Source: Geosiphon pyriformis uo1 (taxonomy: Eukaryota; Fungi; Glomeromycota). From it: DNA of 64,000 nucleotides. Below are positions 53,595 to 64,000 of this stretch, one piece after another. The stretch covers positions 1 to 64,000 of the forward strand of contig JAAOMT010000525.1 in assembly GCA_016748015.1 (NCBI GenBank). Direction: 5' to 3'. The notes under the pieces were generated by a model. That model was not told the origin of the DNA, made no database searches, and worked only from the letters and a program-made list of their open reading frames with translations. Position 1 is the first letter of the stretch, and each line of letters starts with the position of its first letter. Both the position numbers and the translations under genes were made by a program.

Positions 53595-54596
53595 TGTTAC
53601 CAGACAAAATTAGAAATATTATTTAGCATGAAATTATCTTATAATTCCTATTATTAATTAGCATATATTATTGTTTCAAATGATCACTTATTATATTAGC
53701 AAAAATGTCCGAAATTATCATTTAATTAATAACCCAATTTGTACACAACACAAATGTAATCTAATTGCAATGATCAATTATGCAATACCCCGAACTATGT
53801 AACATTCAGAAGTTCACTGAAATTTGTAGAAATTTGCCGAAATAATTGATAGTTTACTGAAATATCTAATAGTTTGCCAAAATAACTTGTAGTTCGCCGA
53901 AATAACTTGTAGTTCACTGAAATGTATCTTTAGTTCAGCGAAATTGTAGAAAATAGTAAAGTTCAAGTTCATAGAATAGTGTTACAACAAGTTGTATAAA
54001 AGAAGAGCTTTTCTCTTCGAGAAAATGTATCTTACTTTAGATTTATTACTTAGAACCATTCCTACATACACAAAAAGAAATAAAAATCAAATAATTTGAA
54101 AAAACCAAATTTTTTAATTATTACACTTGGAAAATTCTCAAAACCCAACTAACGTTTTGAAATTGATTAGCTACCAATTTCAGTAAACTGTTAGTGACTT
54201 CAGGCCTGGATAGAAAACGTTTTTCTTGACAAAATTCTATTTCTTTTACATTTCTTTTATTTTTCTTTTCTTTTCTTATTACAATCATTAGGGTAGCCTA
54301 CAGACGAGATTCCTGTAGAAGAGTTGACTTTCACAGCAAAGTAACTATATATTTTAGTAAGTTTCCAGACAAGCAATTCCTGGGAAAGAGTTGATGTTTA
54401 CTACAATGTAACTACACAAAGTAACTGGCAAGGAATTGGCCATTCTACTTATAAGCCCAGCAGTTCAAATTATAAGAGATAATTTGAAGTCAAAAATTCA
54501 GTTACTGGAGGTTCAACCACATCCAAAAAACGTGAATTCACAGCAAATAAGTATCAACAACATTACAGAAAAGAGACCAAAAAACCTTCAGTAATA
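53595..54596 (+). repeat. 5' LTR of copy B (1002 bp, carries one extra 20-bp unit)
   Basis: TGTTACCAG start; direct repeat of 62463-63445. Confidence 0.95.
53811..53950 (+). repeat. 20-bp-period array in U3 (core AGTTCGCCGAAAT plus ~7 variable nt), present in all four LTRs
   Basis: Units start at 53811, 53831, 53851, 53871, 53891, 53911 and ~53932. Confidence 0.85.
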
Positions 54597-54598
54597 TT

Positions 54599-54612
54599 TG
54601 GTGCTTTTCCAC
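54599..54612 (+). promoter_or_regulatory. Primer-binding site of copy B (TGGTGCTTTTCCAC)
   Basis: 2 nt after the 5' LTR; one transition from the copy A PBS. Confidence 0.75.
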
Positions 54613-54638
54613 AGAAATAACACAGCAACAAATTCAAA

Positions 54639-57600
54639 GTGGCGACCGCCTCAGACATCACAATCTTAGAGTACTATCAATTAATTTACACATACTGCAA
54701 ACAATGATTTGAAATATGTGACGGAATCATAGCTTTCAAGAAAACACTTTTTCAATACATCGAAAATTGAATCAACGACTACCTCTTTGGGAACTATAAC
54801 ATTACAACAGTTAAAAGAAATCTTCTTGAGAACATACTACACTATTCCAACACTGAATCAGAAAACATTAGTGCTGAAGCTTGCACTACTCATTTTGAGG
54901 AACTCGATTATAATATCATTTGATTCTGTGAAAAAAAATATCCTGCAAATGCACAATTTGCCTTTGAACTCGAATCTGAACCTGAAACCAGTGGCAACAA
55001 AAGACAAAAAGATAACCGACCTGTTCACACAACACCCAATACTCCCAAAATATCATTTAAACATCTACAAACACCTGAACAAGGAACCAGCTCAAAACTT
55101 CCACTTACTATTACACCTTTTCCAGCTTCACTTGCACAAGCACAAACACCTAATTCACCCTTGAATCAATTTGTAAGACCAGAAGATTTTACATCACTCA
55201 GAAATCCCACCAGACAACAAGAACCCCTTCAAACTAGTTCCAATCTCCTTGATTTTCTAGCTGAAAATCAAAGTGAACACTCTGAGACAGCAGCAAACGA
55301 AGAAAATAACTCTGAAATAACTGAAGAAGAATCAATAGACAGTGAAAATGAAGAAGACAAAATGACAACATACATCGCAAAAATCCCTGACTTTAATGGA
55401 GAAGACATTGAGACCAGTCCCCAAGAATGGCTCGACCAAGTTACTAAAGCTGGAGATGCAAATGGATGGAACACTACCAGAATGTTAAGAACAATTCCCT
55501 ACTTTCTCAAAGAAACAGCAGAAGAATGGTTTGAAAACCTTGCCACCTTATTCAATAATTGGAATGCTTTCAAAGCAGCCTTTCTTGAACAGTTTACCGA
55601 CAATAATACCTCCATTACTCTTCGCAATTGTTTTCGAAATATCAAACAAAAACCCTCCGAATCTGTTATGACTTATATTGGGAAATTCAACAAACTTCTC
55701 AGATGGATTTGCCAACTCGAGACAAATGATTATTATTCTGATGCTCAAATTTTGGATTAATTTATTGCTGGTCTAAAAGATAAACTAATTAAAAAGGTTT
55801 GCCCACATGTGCCAGAAGATTTAAACTCTGCCATACAGCATGCGAAAAGATACAAAATGGCCATGGAAGAAGCCAATCGTACAAAACTTGTAAATTTGGC
55901 AATTGGAGAAACCAGCTCAGCAGCTGAGGAAAAAATTGACCAACTCACAAAGAAGGTTGAAAACTATTTTACCAACCAACAACAACAACAACCCCAAAGA
56001 TATCAACCACCCCAAAGACGAAATCAAAATAACTTTGCACCACTTTCCAATAACCAGCCCCAGAATTGCCATTACTGTGAAATCTCTGGCCACTGGAAAA
56101 GAAATTGCAGAAAGCTGCAACAAGACCAACAAAATAGGGGTAATCAACATTACTCTCCACCACAGCAATCTTATTATCAACCATCACCACCAGCTTACTA
56201 TCCACCAAGACCCCAATACCAAAATAACTATTATCAGCCTGCCTCACAACCAATTCAACAGCAATATCAACAACCACCCACACAACATTATCAAGTACCT
56301 GCTCGAAGACTGATTACACAAAATCAATTCACACCACAAAACCGATACCAAGTAAACAACAGTAGAATTAGTTCGAACAACCAATTGGTTCCCCAAAATA
56401 CCACTCAACCAAGACCCAATCATTACCATACTCAACCCAGTTATTTAACAATGCCGGAAGAACAGGATTTTCACCATACTGCACTCTTGGAAGGTAGAGC
56501 TGCAGCACAACAACAACAAAACCCTTTTCATAACCACACTACTATTCTACCAGCCCAAATTGCTGAAAACGCCAATCTCTCTGATATCTTTCCTTTTGAA
56601 TTTGAAGCAAATGAATCACCATTCTTGCTTAGCAATGCAGTGGCTAATAAGCAAAAAGCCATCACTGCAATGTACACAGAAGCTGAAGTAGAAGGAAAGC
56701 CAATTCGCTTGATCCTAGACAATTGATCCGCTGGAAGCATTATTACTTACCAGTTAATGCAACAGTTGAAAAGAAATGTCGACCGACCAGTTCAAACAGT
56801 AATCGTCACTGCCGATGGCATGAAAAAGACCTCAGTAGGAGAAATTGACAATTTTCCATTCATTCTTGATGGAATCACCATTCCAGTCAAAGTTCTTGTA
56901 ATGGACGCACCCCAGTACCAAGCTCTCATCAGAAATAATTGGCTTCAAAAAGCCAATGCTAATCTGAATTGGGAAACACAAAAGTTAACAATCTCCTACC
57001 AAGGACAACATGTCTGGGTACCTGCCATTTGTGGTACATTCAACAAACGCTCTGAAAAAGCACCGGCTTTTGAATTTGAACCAGAAGAAGAAAAACCAAT
57101 ACTCAAAACATTCATGGCTCTTGGATCAATGTCCAACTGGGCCGATGAAACAGAACAAGAACATTTTACCCCACACACTAAACCCAAAACCTCTGGATGG
57201 AATATATCTTACTCAAAACCTGAACCAAGAAAACAACACCCCTATATTTCTCTTAAATGTAAGAACTGCCACAAAAAACTATCGTCAATGGGAGCCTGCA
57301 TTTTACCTGAAGAAGAATATGAGAATCATACTTGTTATTACTGCAAGGCTTGCCACAAAGAGCAATGGGGCCATCTAATAAAAAAGAGCGGAAAATGGGA
57401 CAACACCCCTTGTTTGACTTGTGAAGATATGCTACTGGAAGAATGTAATTGGATTGATGTAGCAATGAGAGGAGGCATCTGCGATCAGACCTGCCAATAT
57501 GCTTTATCAATTTCAGAAAAAGTAAAAAGAGGAACACCCTTTAATGCAGCATACAACAGTGCTTTCAACAAACTTTATCACTACTCTCATGATGCCAAAA

Positions 57601-60250
57601 TGATTTTTGACTTAGCAATGGCATTAATTAATGGAGCTACCAAAGAAAATGTTTGTCAAATAAAAGAAGCAGAATACATTGAATACATCATGGAATTAGC
57701 TGGATTCGATTATGAAGATGAAGTAGAAGTCTACCACCAAATTGCAAGTCACACTTACCTGACCCAAGAAGCTCAAATTCAAAAATTAGAGCAAATGAAC
57801 ATTAGGCTATATGAAGAATGCATTATGCTTTGCGATGAACAATGGTGTTCTGAATGTTATGCTCTTAGTATCCCCTTGCCCAGCGAAAATAATGAGAATG
57901 AAATTGAATTTGGAGAACCTGAAGAAATGGAAAAAAATAAAACAACACCCATTTACCTTATTGAAAATCAGCCTGCCTTACAACTTAAATACTTCAACAA
58001 CAACGGACAAGGAATAAAACCCGAAAAAGCACACAAAATTGATGCTGGATATGACCTAAGATATCCAGGCAAGGATACTCTTGTTCTCAAACCCAAATCT
58101 CTCACAAAAATCAACCTCAAAATTACACTCGAAATTCTGCCAGGAGCAATAGTTCAAATTGCCTCCCGGTCCTCTCTGGCAAGCAAAGGAATCAATGTCA
58201 AAGGAGGAATAATTGATGCTAGATATACTGGAGACATAACAGTGATGCTTCAAAATGAAACTGACAAACCATTTAAGATTGAACATGCTGAAAAAATTGT
58301 CCAAGCTATCTACTTACCCCTAATCAACATTTCGGATTTGCAACTAGTCAATCAAAGAGAGCAATTAGGAAAAAGCAATAGAGAAACCCAAGGTTTTGGT
58401 TCAACTGGATGATTCACAGTTCCAGTTAATATAGCTCTTAACACACAGAACGAATTCCACCAGATTCTCAGACTTCTACAACCGATTACCATCTCACCCT
58501 TTAGAGAACATCCGGGAATCTACACTTGCACAAAGCCAACAACCACACAACAAATTTTTGAGTCCAATGAACAAGTCTGCTTGGAACATAATATTTTGAT
58601 CCCAAACATTTATATTTCAGAAGGAACAAAGAAAGTCCGAGTTACTTTTTACAATCCCAATAATTACCCCATAATTTTATTAAATAATTTAGAAATTGGA
58701 GTTATTCACAGTAATATATTTCAACAAAAATTACCCCAAATAATTCCCAATTTCTCTGAAATTATTGGACATTCAATACCAAAAACCAACCCAAACCCCA
58801 GCTCCGAAAACTACCATGTTGTCATGGAAAAACTATCTCGAATCAACATGGAACAACTTGAACCACAACAACAGACCCAGCTCAAAGAGCTAATTGCAGA
58901 ATTTGCTGACATCTTCACTGAAAACAACAATGACTTAGAAAGAACTGATTTGGTTCAACACCAAATCTATACAGAAGATGCCAAACCAAGGCGACAACAA
59001 GCCTACTGAGTTGCCCCAGAAAGTCACCAATTTATCCGAGAAGAAGTACAACAGATGCTTAACAATGGGCTTATTCAACCATCAATGAGCCCATGGGCCT
59101 CATCTGTGGTTCTAGTTAAAAAAAAAATGGAAAGATATGATTTTGTGTTGATTACTGACAACTCAATAGTGTCACCATTGGGGATGCCTACCCTCTTCCC
59201 CGAATTGATGACATGTTGGATGCCCTTGGAAAGTCCAAATACTTTTCAACATTAGATTTAGAGAGTAGATACTGGCAAGTTGCTATGGATCCCAAAGACC
59301 GCCCCAAAACAGCATTCACCACTCAAAGAGGAAATTACGAGTTCAATATAATGCCTTTTGGATTATGCAATACACCAGCAACATTCCAAAGACTCATGGA
59401 TGTTGTTTACAAAAGCCTCCTTTGGAAATCAGTAGTAGTTTATCTTGATGACACTGATGTTTATTTACCATCTTTTGAGCTACATTTAATTCACTTGCAA
59501 GAAGTTTTTCAATGATTACAAAAAGCAGGATTGAAACTAAACATTGAAAAATGCTACTTTGGAAAAACAAGTTTAGCTTTTCTTGGTCACATTGTTAGCA
59601 AAGATGGAATTAAACCAGACCCCAGAAAAATTAGTACTGTCAAGAACTTCAAGACTCCACAAAATATCACAGAATTAAGAGAATTTATTGAATTAGCATC
59701 CTATTACCGAAAATTCATCAAAGGATTCTCAGAAATTGCAAAACCCCTCAACCAGCTCACTACTAAAAATGTCGAATACAAATGAACAGAAAAACACCAA
59801 AATGCCTTCGAGATACTTAAGGAAAAACTCACAACAGCTCCAATTCTCGCCTACCCAGATTTCAGCAACTGATTCCGGTTAGCAACTGACGCCTCTTATA
59901 CTGTCTTTGGTGCCATCCTATCACAGTTAGATGACAATGGAAATGAGCGAGTAATTGCTTATGCTAGTAGAACATTAAAGCCAGCCGAAAAAAACTACCC
60001 CACAACAGAATTAGAAATTGCAGCAGTAATCTGGGCCCTACATCACTTCAACCTTTACCTCAGACCCAAAGAATTCGATATTATTACTAATAATATTGGA
60101 CTTAAATGGCTTCAAAACAAAAACACCCAGCTGAACACAAAACAAACCTAATGGACAAAATTTTTAGCTAACTACTAATACATTGTACACCACAAACCAG
60201 GAAAACTCCACACCAACATTAATTGTCTCTCAAGAATAAGGCAAGATTAG
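54639..60250 (+). pseudogene. gag-PR-Cys-rich-dUTPase-RT-RNase H polyprotein of copy B
   Basis: One frame from GTG 54639 to ~59125 (in-frame stops only), then a 1-nt slip in an A-run. CHYC..GHW...C knuckle, ILDN, dUTPase motifs 1-5, YLDD, and RNase H ending CLSRIRQD*. Confidence 0.9.
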
Positions 60251-60299
60251 AAAACAAAACCAACACCCATTTGAATTAACAGCATTAAAACAACAAACA

Positions 60300-61685
60300 A
60301 TGAATCCTAAAAACTACAACAATCTCAAACAATATTTGGAGACATTAACAATTCCAACAGATTGGTCCCCAGATGAAAAACATTGGTTACAACAACAAGC
60401 CAAACAATATTTTCTACACAACAACATTATCTATTATTGAAATTTCAAAAACCCAACCAAACCACTCAGATTAATACAAAAACAGGAAAAAGAAACCATT
60501 TTATACAATATGCACTCAGATCCTTCATCAGCATACTTTGGAAAAGATAGCACCACCCAAAGAACACTAGAATACTACTTTTGGTCTCGAATAAGAAAAA
60601 ACATTCATGAATATGTCAAATCTTGTGATAGTTGTCAAAGAAGAGGAGAAACTCGCCCTACAGAACCTTTAAATTCAATCAAAGTTGGACAGCCTTTTAA
60701 CAGAGTTGGTATCAATTTAGTCGGACCACTATCTATTACCATTCAAGGAAACCGTTATATTGTAGTAGCTGTAGACTATCTTACTAAATGGCCTGAAGCC
60801 AGAGTCATTCAATGAGCAGATACAAAATCAGTAGCAAATTTCATCTACGAAGACATCATTTGTAGACATGGATGTTCAATTGAACTTTTATCCGATCAGG
60901 GAACACACTTTGTGAACAACTTGATACAAGAAATTTGTGAACAATTCAATGTCAAAAGACCTCTGTCTTCGCCCTACCATCCACAAACAAATGGACTTGT
61001 GAAACGTTTTAACAGAACATTGTGTGAGTCATTAGCCAAAGTCTCAACTGATTTTGAGCAAGAATGGAATCTCTTTATTCCATCAGTGTTACTAGCATAT
61101 AGGACATTAAAACAAGATACCACGAAACACACACCATTTGATTTAACTTATGGAAGGATGACAACATTACCAATTAGTTTCACAGTGGAAATATACTCAG
61201 CACAACCAATTAATGAAAACAATTTTCAAGAAACACTTCAGCGAAGAGTCTACACTCTGCTTAGCACATTGGAAGGAAAACAATGAATAGCAGCCACCCA
61301 TATTAAACACTCCCAAGTTCAACAAAAAGAACAGCATGATGACAAATTGCCTTCAGTCACCAATAAATTCAAAATTGGAAACAAAGTTCTCTTACACAGA
61401 ACTAAAGCTGAAAAACAATGGAGTGGAAAATTTGAAAATAAATGAGATAGACCATTCTTTATCCATGAAGTCCTAGGCAATGGATCATACAAGCTAAGAC
61501 TTGATGACAAAATCCTAACAAAAGTTGTACATGGAGATCGTTTGAAACACTATCATTCCAGAAACAATCCTGAACTATTAATTCCACAAATTGGTACACA
61601 TTTCTCTTTGGTCAGTCCTGAAAATATTCCCCAAAACTTAGAACCAATAGTTGTTATTGAACAACCTTCCAACCTGAACACTTAA
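60300..61685 (+). pseudogene. Integrase ORF of copy B with its own ATG
   Basis: MNPKNYNNLKQYL.., HSDP..SCDSCQRR, DYLTKWPEA, SDQGTHF, PYHPQTNGLV and GPY/F-type module. No chromodomain. Confidence 0.88.
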
Positions 61686-61817
61686 TTTAGAAACAATCTC
61701 ACAAAAACAAAACAAAAATAACATAAAAACCCATACACCAAAAATTATTTTTTTTATTTTTTTCAATTGCTTATAATGACTATTCCTCAAAACATTCAAC
61801 AATTATTCTAAAAACTA

Positions 61818-62494
61818 ATGTTAACTTTAAAAACAATACCCGAATTATCTATTACTATTACTGGAAACCACATAAATTATACCCAAACAAAAGTAATTAC
61901 AAATTTAGCCCCAAATTCACAAAAATATTACCCGTATAAAAAGAACACAAGAAGTTATACTGGAATTTACCTGCCAGAACTTTTAAAGCTTGCTTTAAGA
62001 GAAAACTTAATGCTTACTCCGATTAGTATTCCACCAAACGCTACAATTCAACAAAAACTTCAACTGTGTCTCAATGAGGAAAACATTGAATATCTTTCAA
62101 TCTATAGATATTTTCACATTGGAAAAACACTCTACGAATGGAAACTGGAACTTACAATAGCAAACCTCACAAAAAAAGCTATTCAGAAACAACTCCACAA
62201 CAAATTCAAGACAACAGCTGGATCAACAAACAGTCACTACAGGCTTAAAGCTGTCTTAGACTTTATGACCTATTCTACACCTGTGAAAACATATTACAAA
62301 ACCCAATTTTTCAACCTTTGAAGATTCAATACATTGGAAAGCTCACAGAACTGAAATTTTAACAATTTTCAGACCAAATTTTTTCAATAATTTTGGATTA
62401 TTATCTGGAAATAACAGACAGTACTTGGATTTCGATGGAGCTCAGTCTTGAGGAGGAGGTTATGTTACCAGACAAAATTAGAGATATTATTTAG
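61818..62494 (+). pseudogene. Accessory ORF3 of copy B (1-nt deletion near 62254, one internal stop)
   Basis: Collinear homolog of 41917-42594; ends ..MLPDKIRDII* inside the 3' LTR. Confidence 0.75.
62450..62459 (+). promoter_or_regulatory. Polypurine tract of copy B (GAGGAGGAGG); copy A equivalent at 41952-41961
   Basis: Purine run 3 nt before the TG of the 3' LTR. Confidence 0.75.
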
Positions 62495-63445
62495 CATGAA
62501 ATTATCTTATAATTCCTATCATTAATTAGCATATATTATCATTTCAAATGATCACTTATTATATTAGCAAAAATGTCCAAAATTATCATTTAATTAATAA
62601 CCCAAATTGTACACAACACAAATGTAACCTAATTGCGATGATCAATCATGCAATACTTCGAACTATGTAACATTCAGAAGTTCACTGAAATTTGTAGAAA
62701 TTTGCCAAAATAATTGATAGTTCACCGAAATATCTAATAGTTTGCCAAAATAACTTGTAGTTTGCTGAAATATATCTTTAGTTCAGCGAAATTGTAGAAA
62801 ATAGTAAAGTTCAAGTTCATAAAATAGTGTTACAACAAGTTGTATAAAAGAAAAGCTTTTCTCTTCAAGAAAATATATCTTACTTTAGATTTATCACTTA
62901 GAACCATTCCTATATACACAAAAAGAAATAAAAATCAAATAATTTGAAAAAACCAAATTTTTTAATTATTACACTTGGAAAATCCTCAAAACCCAACTAA
63001 CGTTTTGAAATTGATTAGCTACCAATTTCAGTAAACTGTTAGTGACTTCAGGCCTGGATAGAAAACGTTTTTCTTGACAAAATTTTATTTCTTTTACATT
63101 TCTTTTATTTTTCTTTTCTTTTCTTATTACAATCATTAGGGTAGCTTACAGATGAGATTCTTGTAAAAAAGTTGACTTTCACAGCAAAATAACTATACAT
63201 TTTAGTGAGCTTCCAGACAAACAATTCTTGGGAAAGAGTGGACGTTTACTACAATGTAACTACACAAAGTAACTGGCAAGGAATTGGCCATTCCACTTAT
63301 AAGCCCAGCAGTTCAAATTATAGGAGATAATTTGAAGTCAAAAATTCAGTTACTGAAGGTTCAACCACATCCAGAAAACGTGAATTCACAGCAAATAAGT
63401 ATCAACAACATTACAGAAAAGAGACCAAAAAAACCTCTGGTAATA
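62463..63445 (+). repeat. 3' LTR of copy B (983 bp)
   Basis: Direct repeat of 53595-54596. Confidence 0.95.
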
Positions 63446-64000
63446 CCATAAGAATTTTCTTAATTACTACAGTCCAATTTGATCTCATTCTTTGTCTCTT
63501 AAAATCACTGTTTACATTGATCCTTTTTTTTCTGGCCAATAATACAGTCATTTCTATGCTCTTTTCCAAAGTAAACGTTGATCAGATAATCTCTTCAAAT
63601 TTTGAAAGGGTATTGGCCCCTCTAAAACTATTAACTGATGAAAAAATTTTTCTGATGACTTAAGATTTGACAATTTTTGGGTTAACCCATTTTTTTTCAA
63701 GAGAAATTTTAAGAGAAGGGGGGAGGAGTCTATCATCTTTATCTATGTCATAATTGATTGAGCCAAGAGAGAAGCCACAAACCAGATTGGTATTTACTTT
63801 TTTCACTTTAGGGGTATTTGTTGCCAAACCAAAAAAAAAACCATTACCAACACCAAAAAAAACATCATTGTCCTTACTATCACCAAATATACTGTCCATA
63901 TCCGAATACACACTATGACTAGAATCAAGTTTGACCAAAGAGATATCTTTTTCATTTCTAGAATGCTTAATATTACCAACAGAAACCCTTTTCTTTTAGA
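63446..64000 (-). pseudogene. LINE ORF1 5' segment
   Basis: Continues into 53594 after removing copy B and one TSD copy (..VVIKKILM|NTPKDIII..). Confidence 0.8.

Larger units (their letters stand above)
53595..63445 (+). mobile_element. Full-length Ty3/Gypsy LTR retrotransposon, copy B (9851 bp), inactivated; same family as copy A, opposite orientation
   Basis: LTRs at 53595-54596 and 62463-63445, with terminal CA mutated to TA. 4-bp TSD TCAT/CCAT (one C>T). PBS, PPT and the same domain order as copy A. Confidence 0.95.
37770..64000 (-). mobile_element. Decayed non-LTR retrotransposon (LINE; ORF1 plus APE-RT-RNase H-Cys ORF2) split by two LTR insertions; 5' end beyond the window
   Basis: Segments 64000-63446, 53594-50834 and 40961-~37770 rejoin across the TSDs (K.I.M|NTPKD; PNEL*KH|SNSLV). 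Visible motifs: ORF1 zinc-knuckle remnant, APE IATCNV..ITETKL..VIDHIL, RT PITLIE..KAYD-like..GLDQ.EV.S.L..FIDNT..YLG, RNase H VYIDGS..ELQAI..FTDSQ, and CIRCG..DHLFLC. Confidence 0.88.

Noticed and set aside
53811-53950. Repeat-spacer pattern reminiscent of a CRISPR array
   Set aside because: Units are only 20 bp with ~7-nt spacers, lie inside LTR U3 in all four LTRs, have no cas genes nearby, and sit in a eukaryotic context.
55903-56313. Alternative-frame ORF overlapping gag, also at 48119-48529
   Set aside because: Starts at TTG and is explained by the CAA/CCA-rich Gln/Pro region of gag lacking stops in that frame.
40962-63445. Inverted pair as an assembly artefact or single inverted duplication
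   Set aside because: The copies have different TSDs, subfamily-specific segments and independent mutations, and the LINE is continuous through both sites.

Overview
Fungal nuclear DNA with spliceosomal introns and AT-rich intergenic tracts. Gene and TE style suggest Glomeromycotina, possibly Geosiphon-like; this is an inference. 1-35 kb is a gene island: 3' end of an unknown gene, mitoribosomal mL59/MRPL25, a class I heme peroxidase ending in AKL, guanine deaminase, GSH-dependent formaldehyde dehydrogenase, two paralogous F-box genes, INO1, a PHO84-like phosphate transporter, a secreted pepsin with a repeat-expanded prosegment, and GPD1. The two F-box genes flank a decayed Fanzor2 (IS607-type TnpB) gene with an NLS-like patch and a downstream omegaRNA-like hairpin. 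37.8-64 kb is a TE nest: one decayed RNase H-bearing LINE (minus strand) interrupted by two ~9.9 kb full-length Ty3/Gypsy elements of one family, head-to-head, each with a 4-bp TSD. Their architecture is unusual: ATG-less gag extension, gag, protease, a Cys-rich domain, dUTPase, RT and RNase H, then a shared stop, an apparently separate integrase ORF without a chromodomain, and a conserved non-env ORF3 that runs through the PPT into the 3' LTR. Repeats are eroded almost only by C>T/G>A transitions.
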